Below are positions 28,063 through 43,669 of a stretch of DNA of 64,000 nucleotides, in pieces. Location: positions 20,150,001 to 20,214,000 of the forward strand of contig NC_135887.1 in assembly GCF_964194155.1 (NCBI RefSeq), given 5' to 3'. The DNA comes from Cetorhinus maximus. Taxonomy: Eukaryota. Position numbers and translations under genes: made by a program. Within the stretch, counting starts at the first letter, position 1. Every line of letters starts with the position of its first letter. Under the pieces are notes generated by a model that had not been told where the DNA came from, did no database searches, and saw nothing but the letters and a program-made list of their open reading frames with translations.

Positions 28063-28185
28063 GTTGGTTACTCGCCAGATTGGATCTTTCTGCTGAGGAA
28101 TGTAATGAGGGTTGGTCCTGATCAAGGACTTCAGTTTGCTCAGATGTTGGTTCAGGATGAAGAACCTCTTGCAGATATCACCCAG
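28063..28185 (+). CDS. CLTC: exon 10 (123 nt)
   Basis: gttcag|GTTGGT...CCAG|gtaaaa; [16 protein letters not shown]...LADITQ. Confidence 0.97.
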
Positions 28186-28871
28186 GTAAAATAAATTTCT
28201 CCTTTTGAAAGTGAGCACACTTAGTGCAAGATGGCAGAAATTAATCTTTAATTGCAACTTTCCTTCAGTTGCCCTCACTATTATATTACAAGGAAAGCCA
28301 TTCATTCTTGTAATGCTGAAACATTTTTTTGAAAACCAGCTTAACATTTGAAATTATTAACTTTGCTTTAAAGTCCCATTTTTTAATCTGTACATGTTGA
28401 TTTTCCTATATATCCACCAGGAAATTTCAGTGTATTTGGTGCTCTCCTCCACAATTAGTGGATGATGGAGAACCCTTCAGTAGCCAGTGAACGCTGCAGG
28501 ATGGTCATTGTAATAATTGATTAAGAATGGAATGCTGATCTAGTTCGCATTGAGGGGATCTTGGATCATTTTTGGTGACTCAAAGTGGAGAACTTGCAGT
28601 GCTGAACTTAAATGTTCCCCCAACGTCACCAGGTTTATTAAGCACATCACTGAGCCCCTAACCTTGAAGTAAATTTTGTATCTGGCTCTAAGATATGGTT
28701 TGTGTTGGGTTGACCAAACAGATAAAAGCACATTGGCCCACAAAATACATTCCTTTTTCTGATAAGTTTGGTTGGTTGCACTGCACAAATGATGTAAAGA
28801 GATGTAAATCATTTTGCATCCACTGTGAAAATTCTCCATTAGTATGGCAAATGTTGGGTTTTTTTGAGTAG

Positions 28872-29096
<225 letters not shown>

Positions 29097-29284
29097 TGAC
29101 TTTGTAGGTTGTAGAGAACAGTTTTAACCTCTGGGTGGGAATGGGATAATTGAATGTTGCATTCCATGTGGATATTGCCAATGTCCATCTAGTGATCAAG
29201 CTGAGTGGATTTAATTGTTTCCATGGTATCTGACCCACTTGTAACAAAGGGCTAAAGCTAATTCTCAAATGAGCCAGCCAAATC

Positions 29285-29482
29285 TGAGAAATCCTTTTAC
29301 CCAGAATGTGGAACTTGTAACCACAAGGAGTAGCTGATGTGATTAGCATGGTGGCGTTTTAATGGAAATTTATGTAAAACATGAGGAAACATGATATACT
29401 ATTGGGATTAAATGGGCAAGCTCATGAGCTAAACCCCAACATAGACCATTAAGGTTGAATGGCCTGTGCTGTATGTTCTGCG
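29285..29482 (+). mobile_element. CR1 3' tail fragment
   Basis: agaatgtggaacttgtaaccacaaggagtagctga...gttgaatggcctgt. Confidence 0.55.
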
Positions 29483-30084
29483 GTACAAATCTACCTCTCT
29501 TGCTATTGGATCTCCCTTCAATTGATCTTATTGCTTAGCTTCACCCTTACTTTAATTCATCCTCAAATTCTACCCAAATTCATTCTTAAATTGTTTAATT
29601 CTACCACCAGCTGGTGTACTCGTGCTTCACCCCTGTTTCTGCAGCTGATACCACTACAATGCAACTTCTGGTTGACATTTCAGCCCCCTCTAGTGGCTGT
29701 ATGGCTGGTGTGCATTTCGGTCATTTTTGTCCAGTTGTATTGCATTTCCAACATCAGTTTTAATGTCAGACACCTGGTTCTTGGCTAGTTGGCTGACCAT
29801 CATTGCTGTGTTCAGCATGCTCTTTGAACTTTCCCCTTCTGTTCCAAGACTCTTGTGCATGTATCCTATGACTTGATCACGGGTTTCCTGCCATTTCTCA
29901 TCAGTGCTGATTTGCCACCTAGGAGTTTTTAGCTGCCCAGTTAATTGCATCTTCAGACTCTATACTGTAAAAATTGCTTGTTTTAGCATGAAGCAAGAAA
30001 TTATTTATGCTGATGCAGTACTTTTGTGTTGTAGTTTTCTGCCAATATTGCTTGCTTTTCTCTTCAGAGCCCCAAATACCTTGA

Positions 30085-30294
<210 letters not shown>

Positions 30295-30467
30295 TAGATT
30301 TTATTCCATGACTGAATTTGGAATTAGTAATTTAATGTAACTTGGATTTGGAGGTTGCTTTAAACATTTAACATGTTACTTGACTCAGAATATTTGGCAT
30401 TGGAAATGTAAAGCTAAGATTTACATTTTAAATTCATCTACAATTTTGACATTACAATAAATCTTAA

Positions 30468-30764
<297 letters not shown>

Positions 30765-31124
30765 TGATTGCACATGCTGCTTATCACCCAAATATCCCCT
30801 GCAGGAAATCACTGTACAGTTTTCAGTAGTGAATAGTTTGCCTGTGTAAGCTTTCTTGTATACCAAGGTAAGTGAAGCAGCATAACAGTGTAGCCTGTGC
30901 AGTCACTATCTGAAATTGATTTGTTTTTATTAATCCCTGAGTAATTGTGCAAAAGCCCCTACAAGTTTTCACTTATGCCCATCTACAAACTGTTAACCTG
31001 GCCCACAGCCCCTATCTGCAAGTGATACATAAAGCACTGTTCCAGCATTTTCTACCTAAAAGTACATAATGATGTAGTGCAGAGTATTCAGAAGTTCTTT
31101 TGTTCTACGTTCTAATATTGTCCA

Positions 31125-31460
31125 AAACACTTCCACAAACCCTTGTCTCACCCATCATTCTTTTGTCCTTGCTGACCTACATTGACTGAATTCTAAACCC
31201 TTGCCCTTTATGAACTGCATGCTGGTTGCCTGCCTTTTTTAATTTGAAGTCTCCAAGCTTTAGTACTCTTGCTAAGTGCTCCCTTCCTAATCTGCCCCTC
31301 AATCCTTCCCTGCCTCACATCACCAATGGCTATAAGTTCAGCTATCTCCAATTTTAAGCTTTAAACTTCTCCGTCCTTTTGAAAGCTTTCAAATTTGTCT
31401 ATTTTCCTCACCCTTTGTGAATTGCCCTTTGGGCATTCCTTCATATAAAGTGCAAGTTTA
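31125..31460 (+). mobile_element. Degenerate L2-like LINE 3' end
   Basis: ctcacccatca...cttgctgacctacattg...ctttggg...tataaagtgcaagtt tail. Confidence 0.45.
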
Positions 31461-31993
31461 AGATGGTGGTTGGCTGGATTGAATTGCTGTCATGCTATGA
31501 AATTAAATCCCTAGTTATCTAGCCTATAACAGTTAAGTCATGCAAGATTCAGTATATAGATGCATATGGCATTCTTGAGAAACTGTCCATAGCAATTTTT
31601 CAAGAGCTGGAGTTGTATAGACTGCATTAAATGGTGGAGCAGGTGCGCAGGGCCAAATGGCCCACTCTTAATCCTTGTGCTAGTCCACCTGCAATGATTT
31701 ATTTTTTTGAATTGGAAGTCTCAGGCTAAATGTATGGGGATTGGCATGATTATTTGAAAATTAGAATTATAACTAATAGTCTGACATCTGTTAGCAAGTT
31801 TTCATAGCATATTATCTCTTAGTCTCAAGTCATGGGCTACTAGGTAATTGGAATGAATCCTGGAACAGAATTGGGGAATTTCTGTGTTCTTGGGTCAAAT
31901 CATGACAAACTTGAGTGTTGATGGCTACCTTGACCTCCAAACAGGATTCCCTGTTTATCTCCATGTAACAAATTTGCTTTGCTTGATTTGTAA

Positions 31994-32182
<189 letters not shown>

Positions 32183-35100
32183 TAGTTCTCTTGCATATAC
32201 TGTATACACATCAAAGCAAGTAAATGGCTTAATTTATAAAATGTTTAAATGATGCAGTGTGAAAACTGGCTATTTTGGCAGAATTGCCAAATCTAAACAA
32301 AAGTAGCCTAAGCAATCACTCCGATTGTCCTGTAACCTTTAAGGAAGCTACTGTCATGTTTTGATCATGCTGTGGAAACAGATGCATTTCTGCTATCCTT
32401 TGGTATTTGCATAAGCATATGTGTAATTGCTTATTTTTGATCACCACCTATTTCTGATAGTTGTGTGGGCAGTATGGGGTACAAAGAGAATAGTGTTCAA
32501 TACTGTAATTGAACATGACAATTGTCCTAATTCCATCAGATATTCCCTGCCCAAGTTAGCACTCAGCGCTACACTGTCCCAAGTTTTGAACATTTCTTTG
32601 GAATATTTGAATCCAGTTTGGTTACAGGCTATCGGTTTTGGAATCCATTTAATCAGCTCTCAATTCGCTGTCCTGTTGTAATTGCAAACTGTAATTCTCG
32701 TCATGTGAAAAAATAAAAATCATGACTTACAAGCAGCTCATATAAACTGGGGGTCTGATAATTTAATTGCCAGTACCTCAAATTGAAGCTAGTCTCAATT
32801 ATCTACACTAAACAAACTAATGTTAGCAATGTAACTGGGTTTAATGTGTATTTGTATGTCTAAGCTATTAGACTAATGCTTCAGATAACTGCAAATGTGA
32901 CCAAATGTAGTTTTGTTTTTTGAACAATATACTCAAGTTTAAATCCACAAAGGTAAATGAAATTACAGGATGAGTAACTACAAGTAAATAGGTTTTAAAG
33001 AAACATAACCTATTCTACCTGCTTTCTCAATTAAAGAGTTGTAAAGCTCATGCAGAAATATAGAACAGATTAAACTGAGTTTGCAGAATTGATCCTCAGC
33101 TATAATGCTAAATTTGAGGTGTGGGTTGAAGACCATGTTAAACTTAACTGCTTATCAGTTTGTATAATGTTGAATTGAGTGACCAGCTCCTGATGGAAGC
33201 TATTATTTTTTGTGCTGTTCCTCCTTGTCTGGAATGGGCAGGACATGTACCAGGTAAATTTTGCAGCGCAGGCCGCCTCCTTTCCTTTCCTCCCCTTATT
33301 TCCAGCATATTGTGCCCTCTCCAGTTTTTGTGCAGGACAGTGCTCTTGGATGTGGCAAGACATTGGCAGAATATCATTGTAAAGCTGGCTGAAATATATC
33401 TTGCTGTTTAGAATAGAATTAATTTTTCAGTATATCTAAAATTGATGTAGGCAGTATTTCCAAAGCTTAACCCAGCTCAAACTTCAAGAAGATGGCCATA
33501 TTTATTACCAGTTACTGTTATGTCAAAATGCACTTTGAAATCTGCCTTTGGTCTGTACTTTAAGTGAAAGCTAACATGTGCAACTGTTTGCTGAGGCCAG
33601 TTGAACATTGTCACCCTGTTTTTAGGCTTCCTGTGAACCTCCTTACTAGTGAATGGATGGTCTCTTGGTTTATATTTGAAAGTTCTCCATTTTGGGCTGT
33701 ATTGGATGCAAATTATCATTGCATATAAAGATGGAGGAAAGTGGATTAATTACTTAAAATCCTATTACCATAAGTTGAGTTACATTTAGCAAATTAGTTT
33801 TAGGAACTGATCTGGCTTGCTGCAAAGTCATGTACCAGACTTGGTGATGGCATTTTCCTTGAGCAAAGCAGTGGTTGGGTACCTGTTGCCAGAAGACGAG
33901 GATAAGACTAGACTGGCAGTTGTAGCTGTATGATTGCGCAGTTGTCAAAAATGATCTGTATGTGGAAGCAGGTTAAGACTTGGCCACTTAATTGGCTCAA
34001 GTCTTGAATTGGCATGAATGCCTCATGATGTCAAGTCAGCAAAAACTGCCCCATGAAGTTGGAAGATACAGGCTGCAGCTTGAGTCATTGGCAATGCTAA
34101 CAATGTATTTTATCCATCGGTCATTCCCCATGGGTCTCCTTGAACCACTGCAGGTTTGTGCAGCTCATGTTGGGTACAGATTTTCAGTATAATGACCCAG
34201 CAGGGCCATATGCTCAAGTTGGGATATTGTTACTTTGGTACTTGGTCACAGGAGGAAGGTGCTTTAAGTGCAAGTTATCTGTTCAACATCTTTGCCTAAA
34301 GCAGCATTTGGTGCAGTGGAATTTAAACAGTTGCTTTCACTATGGGGAAGAATGCTACTGAAATTGTGAAGTTGAACTGCAGACTTTAGTCTACTCTGAC
34401 CCTGGTGCTATTCCGCTGTTGCAGTTATCTGAAATAACAGACCACTAGGTTTTAAAGGAAGAAATTCCATGGGAGTTTAGTTGAGTTAAACGTTCAGACT
34501 CTAAAGTGCATAGTGAATTTGCTTAATCTGAAATTGTGTAGATTAAAACTGATGTAAATCCATATAGCAATGCCTGCTTCCCAATCCCAGACTGCTATTC
34601 CTGCATTCTCTGCTAGCTTCAATACCATTACTACTGTAGATGTAGGATAGGGTTTTTGATCTTAATACTGTTATGTTGTACCAGTAATTTGGGGATGAGG
34701 TTTTCACTAAATCATCAATATTGGTGAGAATTTTTGTAACCTGAAACACTAATCTTAACTCCCAATGTGTCATGTCCTATCTCGGTGTAAGATTAAGCAT
34801 TTGGTTTGATATTCAACCTAAAAGTTAATTTCTAGGCTGAGTAGACTAGAAATGTTTGTAGTTCTTGCTCCCAAGTGTCTAGCCTGTTTTCCCAGCTATG
34901 TTTGCTCAAACTGTGTGCTCATGCTTAAAAGGAATGTAAATTAAAATTCAACCCAGTTTGATGTATAAGCTAAAGCTCAATTTAGACTGTAAAAGCTTAT
35001 TTTATCTAGCTTGGTGCATCCCAAAGTATTTGCACTCAGCAATTTGAGCCATTTTCTGTACGTGCACACAGCAAGAGATTAGTGATTAGTTGTTTTGGGA

Positions 35101-35553
35101 TCTTTCAACATATGAACTAACAGCACAGGCATAAAATGTAGATTTTAAGTGATGATTAAAAATGACCAATAGTTAGGTTGTGTGAAAGATCAAATACTGA
35201 TCTACAGTATAAATCAGTACCTCTAGTTCCCATATACATCTTTTAATAGAACTGAAATGAACCATCTGTAGATGCACCTAAAGACATGGTCACTTTTGCT
35301 ATAGTTTTAACTTGATTGTGATCTAATTTACTGACCATTAATCATTTCAAGTATATACATTTGACCAAATACTCATGAGAGTGGTGCCATTTCTACACCA
35401 TGTGGTGAAAATATAGATTTAAAATATTGTGCTTTAGTTCTGTCCAAAGGAGGTTCAGAGCAGTTGAAGGAAGTGGGTTTATGGATGTGTTCAATACATT
35501 CATGGTGCATAAAGACTGAAGCTACCAGATTTTAAACTGTTCTGTTTTCATAG

Positions 35554-35730
<177 letters not shown>

Positions 35731-35817
35731 TAGTAACTTGGGCTGATGCTTGTGTTGACTTTCCAGAAGGGGGTGGCAGTACAGCCAAATTTTTCCTGTC
35801 CATAAGCTGGGTTTATT

Positions 35818-35985
35818 CTTTTTGTGGGATGTGGGCATCACTGAGGCCAGCATTTAATGCCGTCCCTAGTTGCCCTTGAGCTGAGTGGCTTGCTAGGCCA
35901 TTTCAGAGGGCAGCTTGTCAACACATTGCTGTGGGCCTGGAGTCATGTAGGCCAGACCAGGTAAGCACAACAGATTCCTTCCCTT
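35818..35985 (-). mobile_element. 3' part of a SINE-like element sharing the LINE family B tail
   Basis: tgggatgtgggcatcactgaggccagcatttaatgcc...ggagtcatgtaggccagaccaggtaag. Confidence 0.65.
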
Positions 35986-36096
35986 AATTTTGCATTAATG
36001 TTGTGTAACAGGCTTTGAGCAGTTTCTGTATTATCATTTTCAAATTATCCACTTGTGTTTATTGGGACAAGAATATGATCTATTGTGCTTTGTTAG

Positions 36097-36267
<171 letters not shown>

Positions 36268-36684
36268 TAACTTGTTTGTGAGAGACATCTTATCCACTTG
36301 GGCCTGATTGGTTTGGTAACTTGAGTATTGCAGATTCCAATTCATAATTTTGTGGTAGTTGCATTTTTAAAAAGTACTATAACTGACAAATGGTGCTCAA
36401 AATTTCAACTGGGCCACTAAAGGACTTGTTCAGCAGATTGGAACTGACACTGGTGCACAGGTTTGATTCTGACGATATAACTTGTGTATATAAGTGTACC
36501 ACCACTCTGCCCATCAGTCCCTGGGTGAGCAAGTAAGCCATTGCTTTGTGAAATTACCAAATGTGCCAGAATGGTGGTTTTGCCAGTCAGCCTTGGTCAA
36601 ACCATCCCTGACAGTCCATTTGCTCTCACCTTTGGTTATATTCTAAATCTCTGGTTGCTTGGAGACATCTGAGGATTGAACCTC

Positions 36685-36875
36685 TGAGCAGGAGACCATT
36701 TGCCCCATCAAGCCTACTATACCATTCAATATGGCTGATCCGATCATGGCTTTAACTCAGTTTTCCTGTCTTCCCTATACCCCTTGACTTGCGCATCAAA
36801 AATTTGCTCAACTCAAGCTTGAAATATATTCAGTGACCCAGCCTTCACTGCTGTCTTGGGTAGAGAATTCAAATG
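36685..36875 (-). mobile_element. CR1 3'-end fragment
   Basis: gagcaggagaccatttgccccatcaagcct...ccattcaatatggctgatc...gggtagagaattc. Confidence 0.7.
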
Positions 36876-36906
36876 GCTTTTCCTGCCTTTTCTTCCCACC
36901 ACTGCC

Positions 36907-36954
36907 CTTTTGAGGACTTGTCCTAAGCTTCTTTTGAGAAGTTGTCCTAAGCTT
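36907..36954. repeat. 24-bp tandem duplication (2 mismatches)
   Basis: cttttgaggacttgtcctaagctt / cttttgagaagttgtcctaagctt. Confidence 0.85.
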
Positions 36955-37042
36955 CAATTAGTTTCTGGGGGCCAATCCTGCCTTTGTATGATGCTGCATG
37001 TTGGTACCTGAGTGCACTGGCTACTAGCATTTAAACTTGTAA

Positions 37043-37378
<336 letters not shown>

Positions 37379-37895
37379 TAGCTTTTGTCCTTTCCCAATA
37401 TATCAGTTCTTCACAAATTTCCAGCACTCAAATGTAATATCTAGCTAGGATAAACACTTGTGAAGTACAGTATAAGCAAATGTTGCAGCCATTTTGAGCA
37501 TAGCAAGAATTCACTGAAAAATGATGTTTAAAAATAAAACCTAGGGCTTCAGTGCTTATAGAGTCATGGGATTGTTAAATAGCCCCCTGAAAGAGGAAAG
37601 AGTAATTAGTAATATAGCCATAGCTCAGTCCTCTACAAGAATGTCTATCTAAATTTGTACTCCAGCCTTGACTGCAACCATTTGAGCCAAGTTTATTCAA
37701 TAGGAACATTTCCATACTCTAAATTATTACCTAGAAAGTTGCATTGTAGCTTTTTCAATATATTTGAAACTGCATATTTTGCTTTTGATCACTTAAATTT
37801 AGATTGACTTGACTTTCACGGGTCTGGGGTTTTAAAGAAAAAAATGCTTGCTCTGAAACTGAACTTGAGGTACTTTTTTTTACCTTTTAACACAG

Positions 37896-38018
37896 GTGTG
37901 CAATGAAAACTCATTGTTCAAGAGCCTGTCTCGTTACTTAGTTCGCCGGAAAGATCCTGAGCTCTGGGCAAATGTTCTGCAAGAGACTAACCCTTACAGG
38001 AGACCTCTTATTGACCAG
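37896..38018 (+). CDS. CLTC: exon 18 (123 nt)
   Basis: acacag|GTGTGC...CCAG|gtaagg; [15 protein letters not shown]...RPLIDQ. Confidence 0.97.
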
Positions 38019-39090
38019 GTAAGGACCATTTGATTGTGAGACATTATAGAATTGAAGTATTTGCAGAGTAGCTTTTATACATTTAGCTACAATGCAGAAG
38101 TTTCATTGTGGACTTCTGTTGAAATTAAATTGTCCTGAGTGACAAACAACTGTAACCTGGAATTGCATCATCCACAAATGGAAGGTTAATGCTATTTTGA
38201 AATACACCAACCTCGAAACTAAGTTGAATTGTTCTACCATTTAAAAGCTTGTGAAAACCTGCAGTTTTTAACACTAACTCTCTGACCTAGCCATTTAGTT
38301 CATTGTCCATCACAATCCCAATTTTTCCACTCCCAAAATGATCACCCTCAATTTAGATCCACTCTGGAAATGATGGTTCCAAGATTTATACTAATGCATT
38401 TTCTAGAGTCTTGAGGGTAGAGCACATAACTGAATAATAAATTACCTAGATTAAAATTCCATATATTGAATAATGTGCTATGCTGTTTTAAGGAGCCTTA
38501 AATGAAAAGGACCATGGTACAGGACATAGAGCTGGATAGTGAACAAGGAAAATCCAAAGCAATAGTTGGACAAAGCCAAGAATGTGACCAAAAAGATTTT
38601 TTTCTACTGTTTTTTAAGGGTTCTGTAATACGCATATGCAGAAGGGTAGTATGCAATCCTTGATACTTAATTCAACTGCCATAGCAAACTAGAGATTTTT
38701 GGGTGTTGAATATTGACTGGCTTCCTTGTGCCCAAAATACCAATTGCTTTTGAGTGCAGGAGGAAGAATTTTTAAACTCAGCCACACTATTAGCAAACCA
38801 TCCAACATTATCCTTTTTCCTGAATCCAGCTGTTGCTTTACTTTTTAAGACTTGGTCTACCCTCGGGTTCTGTAGGGAAGGTTAGTTGGAGTAGCAGCAC
38901 AAGGTGTCAAATTTGTGATCCCTCATTATAGGAGCACCTGATATTAACGTGCCTAGTTACCTTCCATTTTTGCCCCTAATCAGAATTGATCATTGAGCTG
39001 TCTGACCCACATAAAATAGCCATGTTTTTAAGAATAGACTTTGGAAATCTAACTTTATTTAAAAATCTAATATGGTGTTGAAGTTCATAA

Positions 39091-39255
<165 letters not shown>

Positions 39256-39829
39256 TAAAACAAATCAGTCAAGTTAATTTTAGTTTACAGTTGGACATGT
39301 TAATGACTGCTTTATAAACTGGATGCAGCCTGTAATCCAGTGGCTGATGTTTGGAGTTGTTTCTTGGTCTGCTGAAGTTGTTTTTCCACTAGGATCTCTG
39401 ATCCATGACCTAAAACAGTGCCACTAAATCCAGTTTTGCAACAATGGCCCCCTTTGGCTATATTTAAATACTTAACCGGTGCTTTTTCTGTCCAGCCTCA
39501 GCCTGGGTCCTATTTCTCTTTGGCCTAGTATGCCTAGTGTCAACAGGTGTACTGGTTGTTGGATCATGGAGGTTGGATTTAGAACTTCTGGTATTGGCCT
39601 GCCACTTCTTTGTCACTGCAATTGCCCAGGATGGGTAGAAGCTGCATCAAGCCTGTTGAAACAGATATATGCAAATCTGAAGGATACAGGGTCTTTGGTT
39701 GTCCTAAACTCAGGATATGCACAGTGGTGGATTTGGCAGAAGGAAAACTTTTTTCTTTGAATTTTATTACCCTGTCAGTTAATTTTGCACTAGCAGAAAA
39801 TTATAAACCTAATTATAAAGTACATAGAA

Positions 39830-40250
39830 TTAGGCACAGAAGGATACCATTTAAGTCCACATCTGTGCTTGCTCTCCTTCAGGAGCAATTCACCTGGTGC
39901 CACTCCTCCACATCTGGGAAGTGCATTCCAGAACTTAACTTGTTTTTTAAGTTTTTTTTTTCTTATCACTATTGTTGCTTTTGCCATTACCTTTTAAATC
40001 TGGCTTTCAATCCTTCCAATGGAATAGTTTCTTCCTATCTAGTCTGTGTAGACACCTCCAAATCTCCTCAGCCATCTCTTCAAGGATAATAGTCCCAACT
40101 TCTCCAATCTAGTAACTGTGGTTCTCATTCTTGTGAAATGTTCCTGCACCCTCTAATGCCTTCATGTCCTTCCTGAGTGTGGTGCCTGAAACAGAACACT
40201 ACACTCATTGAGGCTGAACCAGATTTTATACAGGTTTAAATAACTTGTAT
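39830..40250 (-). mobile_element. Degenerate CR1 fragment
   Basis: ggcacagaaggataccatttaagtcc...cccaacttctccaatct...cctgcaccctctaatgccttcatgtccttcc. Confidence 0.55.
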
Positions 40251-40319
40251 AATTCTATATCGGTAATGCAAGTCCTAGAATGTATCTAGTTTATTGGTTA
40301 GTAGATGACCACTAGTACA

Positions 40320-40537
40320 AACTCTACCTATCACTGGCCCCCTATCGAGCTCACCTGTCCCACCCCCTTCTACTAGCTTATATTTCATCTCATTTCTATG
40401 TCTTAGTTCTGATGAAGGGTCATACGGACTCAAAACATCAACTGTATCCTGCTCAGCAGATGCTGTCAAACCTGAGTTTTTCCAGGTATTTTTGTTTTTG
40501 TTCTAGATTTCCAGCATCCGCAGTATTTTGCTTTTAT
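40320..40537 (+). mobile_element. Penelope-like element terminal fragment containing a decayed minimal hammerhead ribozyme
   Basis: agttCTGATGAagggtcatacggactcAAAAcatcaact...gatgctgtcaaacctgagtttttccag...gatttccagcatccgcagtattttgcttt. Confidence 0.7.
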
Positions 40538-40766
40538 CTACATAGTGGCTGACTTTCCTCATCATTAAGCCAGTGGCACTCAGATTATCCTGTAATCATT
40601 GTTTAAATCTTCGAATAAAGACACAGGTGGGCTTCTGATTTCCTAATTCACCTCTCTTCAAATTGAGAAAACAGCCCACTATCCTGCACTAGGTGAGGTG
40701 CAGAAGAACAACTGTCTATAAAGCCATATGTAGGCAATCTGTTTTGGTGTCCATTTGTGCAATTAA

Positions 40767-41009
<243 letters not shown>

Positions 41010-41094
41010 TGAAATGTGCCAACATGTTGGAGATTTGCTATAGCACCTTGTTTAGTAGTTCAATTACATTGTTTAACGCTGGACTGTACTCTAG

Positions 41095-41313
<219 letters not shown>

Positions 41314-41414
41314 TGAGTTCTTGTGTACCTTTTCTGATTTCAAATTCTGACTTGGCTTTAAGACCTTAACAGTGAGCTTGTTTACTGTCTACACAATTCT
41401 GCATTAATGACTAA

Positions 41415-41636
<222 letters not shown>

Positions 41637-42142
41637 TAAATCGCATTCTGTTTTGCTGCTGATCTGCAGTACAGTCAAAATACATGTGAATCCAAGTTTG
41701 AAATTGAAGCAAAAACCATCTTGTTGCTAGAGAGGGTTTGGGAGTAGAAAATGAAAGTGATCAAATCCCTTGACTCAATGGCTGCAGCTAGTGGTAGTGC
41801 TATTGGGCTTGGTAGGGATTGAACAACTTATGTGGGTCACTACTTTTTGCCTTGACAACCTCTGCCATTGACGCATCTTGATGGCCTCTTATTTCTCCAA
41901 TTTAACTTCAGTGACAGGATGCAAGTCTCCTTTTTTCAGTTTGAATTTTCAGAACCAGATAAAAGGGATAGGGATTCTAAGTTAAGCCAAAGGGAAAATT
42001 TACTAGTTGGATATTTTCACAACACATCTTGTTAATGTGAAGCCGTTTATTGAATTAGAGCTTGTATGTTGGTGGCACTGGTATTCAGGTTTCTATATTG
42101 GTGCTGTTGGAACTGTTCAGTAATGCAAACCTTTGTTCACAG

Positions 42143-42307
42143 GTTGGTGATCGCTGCTATGATGACCACATGTATGAAGCTGCTAAGCTGCTGTACAACA
42201 ATGTTTCTAACTTTGGCCGTTTGGCATCAACCCTGGTTCATCTGGGTGAATATCAGGCTGCAGTGGATGGTGCACGCAAAGCAAACAGCACTCGTACTTG
42301 GAAAGAG
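42143..42307 (+). CDS. CLTC: exon 23 (165 nt)
   Basis: tcacag|GTTGGT...AGAG|gtacac; [15 protein letters not shown]...TRTWKE. Confidence 0.97.
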
Positions 42308-42800
42308 GTACACTTTTTTTTTCCCCCTATGCCTTTCCGGCTTGTACTTGATCACTTAAGATTAAAATCAGGACATCGTGACCCCCCCCCCCCTCTTCCA
42401 GTTATATTGCGCAATTGAAAAGTTAAGCTGGCCTCCATGATTGTTGTCTAAAGGCAATAGAGCACTGAGCAGAAGTTAGTTCCCCATGGTGATAGAAGTG
42501 AACTGAGCTGGTTACTGTTCTGCTGGGAGAATTGCTTAGATATGCTTTGGGTGAAGTGGTGAATTTTTCTCTCTGAACAGGAATAGAAGCAGAATCGTTA
42601 AAATAGCTCCCTGTTTGGATTAGTAACAGTACAAAAATTTAATTTGCCTTTTGGATACAATGTCCAATTTTAAAAAGTGAAGTTGGAAAAGGCTTCCAAG
42701 TAACACCCAAGTATTGCTCAAACAAGTTTGCATTTTCCATATCCAGTATCTAGTGAAGTGATTTGTTGAAGTTTGATGTTTGGCTTAAATCTGTTCATGA

Positions 42801-43085
<285 letters not shown>

Positions 43086-43247
43086 TGACCTTGTAAAACC
43101 GTTCAAAATAGCAGTATGTAAGAATGAACGTTTATTGGATATATTTAAAAATACAGCTAATCAAACTAGTCTGCATAAAACCCATTATGTGCTCATCTTT
43201 TGGTGTGTGGATTAAACCTAGAGTAACTTGTTCTGTGCTTGCACTGA

Positions 43248-43445
<198 letters not shown>

Positions 43446-43519
43446 TAAATGTGCTCCCATACTTGATCTGGTGGAGCCATGTACTTTCAATTAGTTACTA
43501 ACTGGCTGTAATTGCACAG

Positions 43520-43669
43520 GTGTTGAGAGCTGCTGAACAGGCTCACTTGTGGGCAGAGCTAGTCTTCCTGTATGACAAGTATGAAGAGTATGACAATGCC
43601 ATCATTACCATGATGAACCACCCAACAGATGCATGGAAGGAGGGTCAGTTCAAGGACATCATCACCAAG
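43520..43669 (+). CDS. CLTC: exon 26 (150 nt)
   Basis: gcacag|GTGTTG...CAAG|gtaagc; [14 protein letters not shown]...KDIITK; preceded by an 80-nt intron. Confidence 0.97.

Noticed and set aside
30851-30873. Perfect AAG|GTAAGT donor in intron 13
   Set aside because: No convincing upstream acceptor; the nearest gives a 17-nt frameshifting exon, so it is likely a decoy site.
39610-40089. Longest ORF in the track (159 aa)
   Set aside because: Non-ATG start, no recognisable domain, and it overlaps a decayed antisense CR1.
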